Below, one piece after another: positions 30,053 through 40,656 of a DNA stretch of 64,000 nucleotides (position 1 is the stretch's first letter; each line of letters begins with the position of its first letter). The notes below the pieces were generated by a model. It was not told the DNA's origin and searched no databases. It saw nothing but the letters and a program-made list of their open reading frames with translations. Both the position numbers and the translations under genes were made by a program. The DNA comes from Candidatus Caccoplasma intestinavium (GTDB lineage Bacteria > Bacteroidota > Bacteroidia > Bacteroidales > UBA11471), in the NCBI GenBank assembly GCA_018715885.1, contig DVKT01000032.1, positions 14,307 through 78,306 on the forward strand, written 5' to 3'.

Positions 30053-31555
30053 TCAATTGACGAGCGGGACAGCGTAGTACGAGGCACGTCCGTTTTGATA
30101 GAGCCCTTTGATAAACATGACTTTATCGCGGGCATCTCCTCTCATGAGAGACTGGAATACCGATTCGACATCTTTTACGTTCATGATTTTTGTCCCGTTG
30201 ATGTCGAGAATGATAAATCCGTCGTGTATGCCGGCTTTCTTGAATTGTCCTTCTTTTACCTTGACTACTTCTACACCGCCGCGTATGCGGAGTTTGGCTT
30301 TTACGGAGTCTCCGGCTTCTTTGAGGGTTGCTCCCAGCATGTCGATATTGGTGGCTTTGGTAACGTCGGTATTGCCATAGCTGTTTTTCAATACCGCATC
30401 GGATTGTTTCTTGTCTTTTCCGCGGAAAAATTCGATTTTCACTTTATCACCGGGACGATAACGGGCAATCTGTTCTTGCAAGATGGCTACGGTAGGTGTG
30501 GCTACGCCGTTTATGGCGACAATTACATCACCCGGTTTGAGATCGGCTTCCATAGCTGCACTGCGTTCGCTCACTTCGGCAACATATACGCCCTTGCGTA
30601 GATCTATTTTCTTTTCTTTGGCAAGATGGTCGTTCATTTCCATGATAGAGACACCCAGCATGGCCCGTTGTACGGTACCGTACTGTTTCAGGTCAGTAAT
30701 GACCTTGCTCACGATGCTGGTGGGTATGGCAAAGGAGTAACCGGCGTAGTTCCCTGTTTCGGAATAAATGGCGGTGTTGATGCCCACCAGTTCGCCCGAA
30801 GTGTTTACCAACGCTCCGCCGCTGTTACCGGGATTGACGGCGGCGTCGGTTTGGATAAACGATTCTATACCCAGTCGGCTGTTGGGTGAGAGCATACCCA
30901 GATTACGCGACTTTGCACTGACGATGCCTGCCGTAACGGTAGAGTTGAGCTGGAACGGGTTACCTACGGCGAGAACCCATTCTCCCACCTGCAATTTGTC
31001 GGAGTCGCCGAATTTTACGATGGGGAGTTTCTCGGCATCGATTTTCAGTAAAGCGATGTCGGTCGACGCATCACTGCCTATGAGGGTCGCCTCGAACGAG
31101 CGTTTGTCATTGAGTGTAACCTCTATCTTGTCGGCTTGGTCGATTACGTGGTTATTGGTAACAATGTATCCGTCTTCCGAAATGATTACACCCGATCCCA
31201 TTCCTATGCGGGGTTGCGGTGCGTAATCGCGACGTCCTTGTCCGAAGAAATATCTAAAAAATTCTTCCTCCATACTGTTCGACGAGCGTTGTTGTACCGT
31301 GGTCGACTTGATGCTCACGACGGCATTTACTGTATTGGCTGCGGCTTGGGTGAAGTCGTTTTCCACAGCAGGGCGTGAGACTACCGGTGTAAATGCCGTG
31401 GGTGTTGCGTATGTACTGTTAGGTGTCGTCGTATCGGTGAGCGATGAAGTGTCGTCGTTCTTTTCTTGCATGGCAGAAAATAATGCGATGCTTATGCCCG
31501 AACTTATACCGGCGACCAGTAAAAAAGAGAGTAGGGTTTTCTTGAAAGATGTCAT
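30053..31555 (-). CDS. degP: HtrA/DegP (Do family) serine protease with two PDZ domains
   Basis: TNNHV, TDIALLKI and NPGNSGGAL catalytic triad motifs; PDZ domains. Confidence 0.93.
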   Translation of the reverse strand: MTSFKKTLLSFLLVAGISSGISIALFSAMQEKNDDTSSLTDTTTPNSTYATPTAFTPVVSRPAVENDFTQAAANTVNAVVSIKSTTVQQRSSNSMEEEFFRYFFGQGRRDYAPQPRIGMGSGVIISEDGYIVTNNHVIDQADKIEVTLNDKRSFEATLIGSDASTDIALLKIDAEKLPIVKFGDSDKLQVGEWVLAVGNPFQLNSTVTAGIVSAKSRNLGMLSPNSRLGIESFIQTDAAVNPGNSGGALVNTSGELVGINTAIYSETGNYAGYSFAIPTSIVSKVITDLKQYGTVQRAMLGVSIMEMNDHLAKEKKIDLRKGVYVAEVSERSAAMEADLKPGDVIVAINGVATPTVAILQEQIARYRPGDKVKIEFFRGKDKKQSDAVLKNSYGNTDVTKATNIDMLGATLKEAGDSVKAKLRIRGGVEVVKVKEGQFKKAGIHDGFIILDINGTKIMNVKDVESVFQSLMRGDARDKVMFIKGLYQNGRASYYAVPLVN

Positions 31556-31728
31556 GTCGATATAGATTAATTGTTAATAATAAATTTGATTTTAAGATTT
31601 GTACTCGTTAAATTTAATACAATATACGTGCCGATGTTTCCCTTTATTATACGGCTTAGCTATTTTTAATAGAGACCTTTATATGCTTAACAGCCCTTAA
31701 CCGAATTGTCTGTTGTAAATGACAGAAA

Positions 31729-32282
31729 TGTCATTCTGAATGTAGTGTGAGCGAAGTGAAGAATCTCATACCAAGCAGTACATTTTGCATGAGATCTCTC
31801 AGCTTCGTTCGAGATGACATTAATGTCATTCTGAGGGATATAATCCCGAAGAATCTCCTATTCAGTGATGCAGCCCTCACGGAGCAATGTCATTCTGAAA
31901 GGCTTTGCCTTGAAGAATCTCCCGCCAAGCGAGAGTACAATCGCCACCGTTATGAGTAGGAAGGAGGAGATTCCTCGTCGGGCTACCGGCCTTGCTTGAA
32001 ATGACAAAGGGCTGCCGCCCTTGAAAATGCATGTCATTCTGACGACCGTAAGGGAGGAAGAATCTCCTGTTAAACGTATATTTCTCATGAGATTCCTCAT
32101 ATCTATTCGGAAGACAATATTTGTAAAAAAGTTATGAAATTCCTCGCTGGTACATCGGAATGACAAGAAACTATCGTTCTTGAAAATATATGTCATTCTG
32201 AACGTAGCACGAGCCGAGTGAAGAATCTCATATCCAAAGAAAACATCTTATTTGAGATTCCTTACATACACTCGAAACGACA
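31729..32282. repeat. REP-like cluster 1: about 10 TGTC-tagged hairpin units in both orientations
   Basis: TGTCATTCTGA-N-GAAGAATCTC at 31729, 31824, 31888, 32032 and 32191; reverse copies at about 31791, 31967, 32089, 32136 and 32254. Confidence 0.9.
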
Positions 32283-32345
32283 AAGAGCCGAAATAAAAAA
32301 CAGGTTTCGGACTCTACTTTTGATTATATCACAAAAAGGAGAACT

Positions 32346-32720
32346 TCAAGAAGGGATAACCGTCCGGCCAAAAGGAAACAAAGCCACCCGCATGAGCTTG
32401 AAATGCTGGATACCGAACGGAATGCCCACAATCGTAATACAGAAAAGTAATCCCCAGCCAAGATGACTCAATGCAATCCAAATGCCCCCGATAAAAAACC
32501 AAATCACATTCATGATGATTTCGAGGCAACTGCGGCTACCTTCCTCGACAACAGTTGTTTGACTGAAAGGCAAAAGGGCTACCAATCCTATCTTGAAAAC
32601 CTGTAACCCGAAAGGTATACCGATGATGGTACAGCATAATAAAAAACCAGATACCAAATATTCCAAAGCCATGAAGAAGCCTCCGAAAACCAGCCAAATA
32701 ATATTACCCAGTACGCTCAT
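32346..32720 (-). CDS. YccF domain inner membrane protein
   Basis: Duplicated N..W...GG....CxTI.GIPFG.Q.FK......PF motif. Confidence 0.9.
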   Translation of the reverse strand: MSVLGNIIWLVFGGFFMALEYLVSGFLLCCTIIGIPFGLQVFKIGLVALLPFSQTTVVEEGSRSCLEIIMNVIWFFIGGIWIALSHLGWGLLFCITIVGIPFGIQHFKLMRVALFPFGRTVIPS

Positions 32721-32744
32721 ACCACATCTTATTTAAATGCTTAT

Positions 32745-34121
32745 CTACTCTTCAATTTTTATATCTTTCATGAAAGAATTGAAATCCAAATCTTTTACCA
32801 GCATCGTATCGCCTTTGAGATACGAAGCCTCCCGAGTATCGAGCATAGCCCGCCACTGCTTATGATAAAGACGGCGGTCGATCTTGAAATTTTCCGACCC
32901 GTTACGGTCGAGACGCCTTAAAAGCATGCCCACACTTAATCTCGACACATCGATTGCCGGCATATATGCCCACACACGTTCGTCGGAGGTAGGTGTACCT
33001 CGTATGATTTTGGCCTCCAACAACTGTTGCAAGACCTGTCCCGTAAGGCGTACTGGTATGCGATAAGACGACGCTATCTGATGTCGGGTGAGCGGAGCCT
33101 CTCCCCGTACAAAACGCTGTACGATGACCGAAACAACCACCAGTACGACAAAATCTTTATATCTACGGCTGATATTTTTTATGTCTTTATCGAAATTGAA
33201 TTTTTCGACGTTTTGGGAAGAATACGAAAGAACCGCCCCGAAAAGGCAAATGAGCCACGAAATCCACATCCATAACAGAAACAAAAGCAGGAAAGCAAAA
33301 CTGCCGTATATGGCATTGTAACGAGAAACCCATACCTGACCGCTGATATAGACAAACTGCAACAACTGGAACGACAAGCCGCATATTACCCCCGATACCA
33401 GAGCATTCCAAAACTTGACCCTCGTATTGGGAACCAAAATATATAAAGCCGTAAAAACGATACAAGTCAAAATATAAGGACTTATCGCCAATACAAAACG
33501 CAACACAGGACTCAAAAAAGCCAACATCGGTTTGGTATCGATACCCGATGTAACGAAAATCGACAATCCGCCGGCAACGATCATCAAAATGGGCAACAAC
33601 ACCATAATAGCGATATAATCGACAATTTTACGATATATCGATCGCTGTTTTGACACCTGCCATATATCGTTGAATGTCGTCTCGACGCTATTCAGCAGAC
33701 TCACGACCGACCACATGAGGAAAAGGATACCCACTCCCACAAAAATGCCGTCTTTGGTTTGCGCTAAATAAGAATCGACAAAAGTCATGGCCTGCTCCAA
33801 AGCCTCTCGCTGAGCGGGGAAGTAGTCGAATAATTGACTTTGTACGATGGTCTGGAAACCAAATCCTTTTGCTACGGCAAAGACCAATGCCAGCGCCGGA
33901 ACAATGGCCAGCAACGTATTGAACGTGAGTGCGGCGGCGCGTGCCTGCAAATCATCGGCGATAAAACGTTGTATCGAGAGATAAATGGTCTTCATCAGAT
34001 TGATGAGCCGATGGCGGCTACCGGAAACTTCATTTCCCGTAATACGCCACATATCATATATGATAAACCGATATGTCCGACGAAAAATAATGCGCCATTT
34101 TTTTTGTTTTGTCGCTGCCAT
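32745..34121 (-). CDS. YihY/BrkB family membrane protein with C-terminal winged-helix-like domain
   Basis: AAALTFNTLLAIVP, VETTFNDIWQV and YNAIYGSFA motifs. Start taken at MAATKQ because the longer ORF overlaps rnpB. Confidence 0.88.
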   Translation of the reverse strand: MAATKQKKWRIIFRRTYRFIIYDMWRITGNEVSGSRHRLINLMKTIYLSIQRFIADDLQARAAALTFNTLLAIVPALALVFAVAKGFGFQTIVQSQLFDYFPAQREALEQAMTFVDSYLAQTKDGIFVGVGILFLMWSVVSLLNSVETTFNDIWQVSKQRSIYRKIVDYIAIMVLLPILMIVAGGLSIFVTSGIDTKPMLAFLSPVLRFVLAISPYILTCIVFTALYILVPNTRVKFWNALVSGVICGLSFQLLQFVYISGQVWVSRYNAIYGSFAFLLLFLLWMWISWLICLFGAVLSYSSQNVEKFNFDKDIKNISRRYKDFVVLVVVSVIVQRFVRGEAPLTRHQIASSYRIPVRLTGQVLQQLLEAKIIRGTPTSDERVWAYMPAIDVSRLSVGMLLRRLDRNGSENFKIDRRLYHKQWRAMLDTREASYLKGDTMLVKDLDFNSFMKDIKIEE

Positions 34122-34142
34122 GCCGGAAGTTTTATTAAAAAA

Positions 34143-34492
34143 ACAGCAGGACGATAAGCCGGGTTCTGTACTTTCCCGAGAGAAAGCGTCTGTCATTTAT
34201 CTGGCCTTTATGTTGCCATAAAGATCAAGCGGTTTACCCCCCGGCATCGGACGAGCAGCCCTGATAGCGCCGGTGTACATAACCTTGCAACCCATAAGAC
34301 GTACGGCTCTCTGTGTCGCCACAAAGACCGGTGAGCTCTTACCTCACCTTTTCACCCTTGCTGCCGAAGCAGCGGTTATTTTCTGTTACGCTACTCTGCC
34401 TTTACAGACAGCTTCCCGTTAAGAAATATGGTGCCCTGTGTTGCCCGGACTTTCCTCTCGCGTTTCCACGAGCGACAGACTGTCCTGCTGTT
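34143..34492 (-). ncRNA. rnpB: RNase P RNA
   Basis: GAGGAAAGTCCGGGC near the 5' end, ACAGAACCCGGCTTA near the 3' end, P1 helix AACAGCAGGAC/GTCCTGCTGTT, and a TATCTTTG element at 34499-34506. Confidence 0.96.
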
Positions 34493-34572
34493 AAAATACA
34501 AAGATACGGTATTTCGGTTGTTCTACCAACGTCTCTTCATAAAATCGATTGTAAAAATACGATAAACTCGCA

Positions 34573-34844
34573 GGATTTTCCAAGCGAACCTCGTTCCATA
34601 CATTTGAGATGACATTTTGTCATTCCGTGTGAGGTGGGTAAGCCGGTGAAGAAATTCCCAAAGTTTTCTTATCGGCTTTGTCCGAATGTGAGGAATCCCC
34701 GCCTCTCTATCGGCAGAGATTCTTCGTTTTACTTCGTTCCATGCAAAATGTACTGCTTGGTATGAGATTCTTCACTACGCTTTCGCTTCGTTTAGAATGA
34801 CAATCATATGTCCTTCCGGGCAGATGCAAACATGCGAGGAATCT
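34573..34844. repeat. REP-like cluster 2, more degenerate units
   Basis: gagatgaca, tgtcattccg, gaggaatc, gagattcttc...agaatgaca (34764-34802), tgtccttccg...gaggaatct. Confidence 0.8.
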
Positions 34845-35085
34845 TTTGTTAAAGGACTGTTTTTTTCTTTTGTAATCGTGTCATCACAAAGGGGCGGCAG
34901 AAGACTTCGAAAAGGTGTTCAATAGAGAGTCTATTTTTCTTCTCTTATAGTCATGATTACTTATTAAGTGTATGCGGGGAAATTTTATTTGCGATAAAAT
35001 TCTTTCGTTTTTTGTATTTCAAGATAATAAGGGAACTGCTGATAGAAAATTTTCGTTTCGTATATGAGTGGCAAATGTATTGATA

Positions 35086-35133
35086 GAAAGAAGTGAGTGG
35101 CTGACAAGTTCTTGTCAGCCACTCACTTCTTTC
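35086..35133 (-). terminator. 23-bp perfect inverted repeat, terminator of the xyl operon
   Basis: gaaagaagtgagtggctgacaag tt cttgtcagccactcacttctttc. Confidence 0.85.
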
Positions 35134-35155
35134 GGGAAATTAGCAGTAATTATTC

Positions 35156-36640
35156 CTATATATGATTTTTGCGGTTTTTCCACAATTTACTCATATCTTC
35201 GAGTGTCTTGCCTTTGGTCTCGGGGACGAGTTTCCATACGAAGATGGCGGCTATGACACAGATGATGCCGTAAAGGGCGTAAGCAAACATGTGTCCGAAT
35301 TTGTCGCCCATATCGCCTACGCTCATGTTATACATGGGAACGAAAGTCGACGATACGATGAAGTTGAATATCCATTGGAATGCAACGGCAATGGCAACGG
35401 CGGCTCCACGTATGGTGTTGGGGAAGATTTCGGCGATAAGCACCCAGCATATTGGTCCCCAAGAGAACATAAATGATGCCGAATACACCATAATGCTAAT
35501 AACAGAAATGATAGGAGGTAATGATACGATGTTACAGAGAGCAACACTAAATGCTCCTATTCCCATACCTATGGAACCGGTGATAAGCAGAGGTTTACGA
35601 CCGAATTTTTCGACGGTGAATACGGCAACGAGAGTAAATGAGATATTGACGATACCCATAATGACAGTTTGTATCATGGGGTTGCCCATACCCATGCTTT
35701 CGAAAATACGAGGCGCAAAATAAAGTACCGCGTTGATACCTACGGCTTGTTGGAACACGCTGAGCATGATGCCGATGAAGATGACCATCCAGCCGTAAGT
35801 AAACAGTTTTTCGGTCTTTTCGTGAGCAGTGGCTTTGATGTCGGCCAGAATGGTTTTGGCTTGAGCTATTCCGTTGATACGGCTCAGAACCGAGAGCGCT
35901 TTTTCGTCACGACCGGTCATTGCCAGATAACGGGGCGTTTCGGGAACGAGCAGTACGAGCAATGAGAAAAGTGCGGCGGGGAATGCTTCGCTACCGAACA
36001 TCAGGCGCCAACCTGTTTCGGTAACCCAAATCGATTCTCCGGGGTTCAAGATTTGATTTACTCCATCTATGGCTTTCACGACGGGATTGATGTTGTCGCC
36101 CAAGATAAGGAAGTTGACAAAGTAAACGACAAGTTGTCCGAAGATGATGGCAAATTGGTTCCACGATACAAGAGTTCCCCTAATGTTACTGGGGGCGATT
36201 TCTGCGATATACATGGGGCATATAGCCGAGGCGAGACCTACACCTATACCGCCTAATACCCGGTAGAAATTGAATGCGATGAGCAGGTCGAGACTGGGTT
36301 TGCCGTATTCGAAGAAAAGAAATTCCGGATAATAAGACCCAAGAGCCGATAAGAGGTAACAGATACCGGCTATGAAAAGTGTTTTTTTACGTCCCAGATT
36401 CGATGCCAGTAGTCCCGAAATGGCGCTACCGATAATACAACCGATCAATGCGCTGGAAGATGTTATACCGTGTATGGCATCGGAGTAAACGAAGTCTTTT
36501 GCTCCCATAAAGAAGGCTTGAAGACCTTTTTCTGCTCCTGAGATGACGGCCGTGTCGTATCCGAATAACAATCCTCCGATGACAGCCACCATCACGATAG
36601 AAATAAGATAGGCTTTATCGCCCTTTTCTGCGTAGTTCAT
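35156..36640 (-). CDS. xylE: D-xylose:H+ symporter (MFS sugar porter)
   Basis: GGLLFGYDTAVISG, PMYIAEIAP, PETPRYL, QQAVGIN and PETKGKTLE motifs; follows xylA. Confidence 0.92.
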   Translation of the reverse strand: MNYAEKGDKAYLISIVMVAVIGGLLFGYDTAVISGAEKGLQAFFMGAKDFVYSDAIHGITSSSALIGCIIGSAISGLLASNLGRKKTLFIAGICYLLSALGSYYPEFLFFEYGKPSLDLLIAFNFYRVLGGIGVGLASAICPMYIAEIAPSNIRGTLVSWNQFAIIFGQLVVYFVNFLILGDNINPVVKAIDGVNQILNPGESIWVTETGWRLMFGSEAFPAALFSLLVLLVPETPRYLAMTGRDEKALSVLSRINGIAQAKTILADIKATAHEKTEKLFTYGWMVIFIGIMLSVFQQAVGINAVLYFAPRIFESMGMGNPMIQTVIMGIVNISFTLVAVFTVEKFGRKPLLITGSIGMGIGAFSVALCNIVSLPPIISVISIMVYSASFMFSWGPICWVLIAEIFPNTIRGAAVAIAVAFQWIFNFIVSSTFVPMYNMSVGDMGDKFGHMFAYALYGIICVIAAIFVWKLVPETKGKTLEDMSKLWKNRKNHI

Positions 36641-36685
36641 GATATTGTTTTATTGATTTAGAAGTTGACATTTGGTATGATAAAA

Positions 36686-36732
36686 TGTTTAGCGACAAAT
36701 TTCGGCGGGTGGCTCGATTTTGTCGCTAAACA
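36686..36732. terminator. Hairpin between xylA and xylE, partial terminator or mRNA stabiliser
   Basis: tgtttagcgacaaa ... tttgtcgctaaaca. Confidence 0.55.
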
Positions 36733-36759
36733 CTGATTTATCGTGCAGCCATGTAAGGG

Positions 36760-38076
36760 TTAGCAATACATGTTGAGGATAGCCTCGTACAACTCTTGTT
36801 TGCCGCTGGTTTGTTTGGGTTCGCCTTTGGTTTTGGCATATGCAACGACATCTTCGAGTTTAAGTTTGCCATCTTCGAATTCTTTACCCTTGCCCGAGTC
36901 GAACGAGGCGTAGCGGTCGGCCAACATTTTTTTGTAGGGCGACTCGTTGAGTAGGTTGGCTGCGCTTTCGAGGGCACGAGCCATAACGTCCATGCCGGCG
37001 ATGTGGGCAATGAAAATATCTTCGAGGTCGGTCGAGTTACGACGGGTTTTAGCGTCAAAGTTCATACCTCCGTTACCGAGACCGCCATTGCGGATAATCT
37101 GCATCATGGCTTGCGTGAGTTCGTAGTTGTCGATGGGGAATTGGTCGGTATCCCATCCGTTCTGATAATCACCCCGGTTGGCATCGATCGATCCCAGCAT
37201 ACCGTTATCTACGGCTACGGCCAGTTCGTGTTCGAAAGTATGACCGGCGAGAGTAGCGTGATTTACTTCAATGTTTACTTTGAAATCTTTGTCGAGGTTG
37301 TGTGCTTTCAAGAAGCCGATAACCGTTTCGGTATCCACGTCATATTGATGTTTGGTCGGTTCCATAGGTTTCGGTTCGATGAGGAAAGTACCTTTGAAAC
37401 CTTTTGCACGGGCATAGTCGCGAGCGATGGTGAGCATCATGGCCAAATGCTCTTTCTCCCGTTTTTGATCGGTATTGAGCAGAGACATATAACCTTCGCG
37501 GCCGCCCCAGAATACATAATTCGATCCGCCCAGTTCGATGGTAGCATCGATGGCGTTTTTGATTTGTACGGCAGCGCGAGCTACGACATCAAAGTCGGGA
37601 TTGGTAGCCGCACCGTTCATATAGCGGGCGTGGCCGAATACATTGGCAGTACCCCACAATAATTTGATACCGGTCTCGGCTTGTTTTTGTTTGGCGTAAG
37701 CCACGATTTCTTTCATGTTGGCTTCATATTCTTCGATGCTGTTACCTTCTTCGATAAGGTCTACATCATGGAAACAATAGAATTCGATGCCTATCTTTTG
37801 CATGATTTCAAAACCGGCGTCCATTTTGTTTTTGGCACGATCCAGCGCTGTTGCACCTTCGTTCCACGGGAACTTTTTTGTTCCGCCGCCGAATTGGTCG
37901 CCACCTTCGGCGCAGAGGGTGTGCCACCATGCCATAGAGAAACGCAGCCAATCTTTCATTTTCTTTCCGTTGATGACTTTTTCGGGATCGTAATAACGGA
38001 ATGCCAGAGGATTTTTACTTTCTTTACCTTCGAATTTGATTTTTCCTATTTGAGGAAAATACTCTTTTGTTGCCAT
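36760..38076 (-). CDS. xylA: Xylose isomerase (class II)
   Basis: [24 protein letters not shown] and GWDTDQF motifs. Confidence 0.98.
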   Translation of the reverse strand: MATKEYFPQIGKIKFEGKESKNPLAFRYYDPEKVINGKKMKDWLRFSMAWWHTLCAEGGDQFGGGTKKFPWNEGATALDRAKNKMDAGFEIMQKIGIEFYCFHDVDLIEEGNSIEEYEANMKEIVAYAKQKQAETGIKLLWGTANVFGHARYMNGAATNPDFDVVARAAVQIKNAIDATIELGGSNYVFWGGREGYMSLLNTDQKREKEHLAMMLTIARDYARAKGFKGTFLIEPKPMEPTKHQYDVDTETVIGFLKAHNLDKDFKVNIEVNHATLAGHTFEHELAVAVDNGMLGSIDANRGDYQNGWDTDQFPIDNYELTQAMMQIIRNGGLGNGGMNFDAKTRRNSTDLEDIFIAHIAGMDVMARALESAANLLNESPYKKMLADRYASFDSGKGKEFEDGKLKLEDVVAYAKTKGEPKQTSGKQELYEAILNMYC

Positions 38077-38104
38077 AATCGTGTTATTTGTTTTGATATT
38101 GAGA

Positions 38105-39592
38105 TTATTTTATAAGGGTTTCTAATATGCCTTTCCAGCGGGCGTATGCCTCTTGGTAAGCTGCTATATTTTTGGTGTCGGGTTCTATGATCTGAATTTT
38201 TTTCAGGGAAGAGAAAGCCTCTTCGGTCGATTTGTAGATTCCGGCTCCTATACCGGCTCCTTTTGCGGCACCTACCGATCCGTCGGTATCGTATAGTTCT
38301 ATTGTTGCCTCGGTTACTCCCGCCAATGTGTCGCGGAAAATCGGACTCAGGAACATGTTGGCATGTCCGGCCTTTATCGTGCGTATGTCGATGCCTATGC
38401 CTTGCATGATTTCCATACCGTATTTAAAGGAGAATACAATACCCTCTTGGGCTGCGCGCATGAGATGATAACGGTCGTGCCGGTTGTAGTTGATGCCGTG
38501 GATCGACGCGCCGATTTCTTTATTTTGCAGGATACGTTCGGCACCGTTGCCGAATGGCACGATACTCACTCCGTCGCAACCGATGTCTACTTGCGATGCC
38601 AGCAGGTTCATGCTCGAATAAGAAGTATCTTCGGGAGCGATGTTGCGTTTTATCCATGAATTGAGAATGCCCGTTCCGTTGATGCAAAGCAACACGCCCA
38701 GCCGGGTCTGTCCCTTTTTATGGTTTACATGCGCAAAAGTATTGACGCGCGATAGGGGATCGTAATTGACCGACCCGTTGATACCGTATACGACACCCGA
38801 TGTTCCGGCTGTCGATGCAATTTCTCCCGGATTGAATACATTGAGCGACAGAGCGTTGTTGGGTTGGTCTCCGGCTCGGTAGGTAACAGGAGTACCGGCT
38901 GTGAGTCCCAACAATTGTGCGGCATGGGAACTGACGGCTCCCTGCACGCCGAATGTAGGAACGATTTTGGCGATAATGCTTTCATCGAACCCGTAATGTG
39001 CCAATAACTCTTTCGATACGCAAGCGTTCTTGAAGTCCCAAAATATACCTTCTGATAGCCCCGATACGGTAGTGCATACCTCATTTGTCAGCCGCATGGC
39101 GATATAGTCGCCCGGGAGCATGATTTTATCTATTTTCTCGAAAATTTCCGGCTCGTTTTCTTTGATCCATGCCAGTTTCGAGGCCGTGAAATTTCCCGGA
39201 GAGTTAAGCAGATGTTCGAGACAGAATTTTTCGCCTAACGTGCGGAATGCGTTTTCTCCGTAGGGTACGGCACGGCTGTCGCACCAAATAATGGCCGGTC
39301 GCAGTACATGTTGATTTTTATCTACAACGACAAGGCCGTGCATTTGATAAGAGATACCGATCGCTTTTATTTCAGAACCGTCGATGTTGGCTTGATTTAA
39401 AATTGAACGCGTAGCGGTTTGCAGATTTTCCCACCACCGTTCGGGGTCTTGTTCGGCCCAGCCGCTTTTATGAGCGATGATCTCCATTTCTTGTTTCGGA
39501 GAGAAGTCGCTGGCTATGCACACACCGGTCTGTGCATCGACAAGCGAAGCCTTGACCGATGAACTGCCGATGTCATATCCTAATAAATACAT
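38105..39592 (-). CDS. xylB: Xylulokinase (FGGY family)
   Basis: [26 protein letters not shown] and GDQPNNA motifs; upstream of xylA. Confidence 0.93.
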   Translation of the reverse strand: MYLLGYDIGSSSVKASLVDAQTGVCIASDFSPKQEMEIIAHKSGWAEQDPERWWENLQTATRSILNQANIDGSEIKAIGISYQMHGLVVVDKNQHVLRPAIIWCDSRAVPYGENAFRTLGEKFCLEHLLNSPGNFTASKLAWIKENEPEIFEKIDKIMLPGDYIAMRLTNEVCTTVSGLSEGIFWDFKNACVSKELLAHYGFDESIIAKIVPTFGVQGAVSSHAAQLLGLTAGTPVTYRAGDQPNNALSLNVFNPGEIASTAGTSGVVYGINGSVNYDPLSRVNTFAHVNHKKGQTRLGVLLCINGTGILNSWIKRNIAPEDTSYSSMNLLASQVDIGCDGVSIVPFGNGAERILQNKEIGASIHGINYNRHDRYHLMRAAQEGIVFSFKYGMEIMQGIGIDIRTIKAGHANMFLSPIFRDTLAGVTEATIELYDTDGSVGAAKGAGIGAGIYKSTEEAFSSLKKIQIIEPDTKNIAAYQEAYARWKGILETLIK

Positions 39593-39870
39593 GGTGTTTT
39601 TCTTTTATATGGTTATGTTTCGCTGTAAAGATACATTTTTTTGATAAAACAAGAAAAGCAAAAACTGTTCTTTTTTGACGTCTTATCTGTTATTTATTAT
39701 AGCCCTTTGTCTTATAGGCCTTTATTGGAAAGATGGTTTGTATGGGTTGCGGTATTTTGGAAGAGAGGTGGATTTTTCGACCATGACTCTTGCAAAAGTT
39801 ATATCCTTGTTTCGGGGAATATCGGGAAAAATTTTATCTTTGTACCATAAATTCTAAAACTTTTTTTGTT

Positions 39871-40248
39871 ATGAAAACCGTTATCGCAACTGCTGCTGCA
39901 CCTGCAGCCATCGGGCCGTATAGTCAGGCCATACAGGTCGGAAATATGCTTTTTACCTCGGGACAGATTCCTATCGATCCTGCTACATCGCAATTTGTAG
40001 AAGGAGGTATCAAAGAACAGACGACTCAGGTTTTTGCCAATTTGAAGGCAGTCCTTGCCGAAGCCGGATATACGTTCGATGATGTAGTGAAGACGACCGT
40101 CTTTTTGGCCGATATGTCTCTGTTCGTTCCGATGAACGAGGTATATGCTTCGCAATTCAGCGGTTCGTTTCCGGCACGGTCGGCTGTTGCCGTGAAAGAG
40201 TTACCCAAAGGGGCGTTGGTGGAAATTGAGGTAATCGCCGTGAAGTAA
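39871..40248 (+). CDS. ridA: RidA family reactive imine deaminase
   Basis: [23 protein letters not shown] and LVEIE motifs; TATCTTTG at 39835-39842 supports this start. Confidence 0.93.
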   Translation: MKTVIATAAAPAAIGPYSQAIQVGNMLFTSGQIPIDPATSQFVEGGIKEQTTQVFANLKAVLAEAGYTFDDVVKTTVFLADMSLFVPMNEVYASQFSGSFPARSAVAVKELPKGALVEIEVIAVK

Positions 40249-40277
40249 AACGACACTACTGTTTTTCTATTTTATAG

Positions 40278-40330
40278 AAGAGATGCTTTGCAGAGTCTGG
40301 TTGACGGACGTGTGTGAAGCATCTTTTTTT
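40278..40330 (+). terminator. Probable ridA terminator
   Basis: aagagatgcttt ... gaagcatcttttttt. Confidence 0.6.
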
Positions 40331-40356
40331 GAATTATGTTTACACTCCCAAATGCT

Positions 40357-40587
40357 TGTCATTCCGAAGCGTCAGCGAGGAATATCATGAGAAATATACG
40401 TTTAACAGGAGATTCTTCGGTACTTCGCACCTCAGAATGACATTGCTCCGTGGGGGGCTGCATCACAGAATAGAGATTCGTCGGGTTATACCCCTCAGAA
40501 TGACAAGAGACTTGTTGGGTGGAGGATTTTTCCTCCTTGCAGTTGTCAGAATGACATTTGGGTCATTCCGCTATATACGGGAATCTC
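40357..40587. repeat. REP-like cluster 3: about 5 TGTC-tagged hairpin units
   Basis: Forward copies at 40357 and about 40561; reverse copies ending in tcagaatgaca at 40442, 40505 and 40556. Confidence 0.9.
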
Positions 40588-40646
40588 TCATAGGTAATAA
40601 AAAAGTCTGCTCGAAATCCGAGCAGACTTTTTTATTACCTATGAGA
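40586..40646. terminator. 28-bp perfect inverted repeat, bidirectional terminator
   Basis: tctcataggtaataaaaaagtctgctcg aaatc cgagcagacttttttattacctatgaga. Confidence 0.85.
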
Positions 40647-40656
40647 AAACGGTCGA

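Noticed and set aside
31729-32282. CRISPR array
   Set aside because: Units occur in both orientations, have variable interiors and irregular spacing, spacers recur elsewhere in the window, and no cas genes are present.
31747-32466. Short ORFs over the repeat clusters (31747-31959, 31858-32196, 32218-32466; also 40314-40670)
   Set aside because: They are translations of the palindromic repeats with no protein-like features.
34122-34612. Extended yihY N-terminus and ORF 34313-34612
   Set aside because: Both overlap the RNase P RNA gene.
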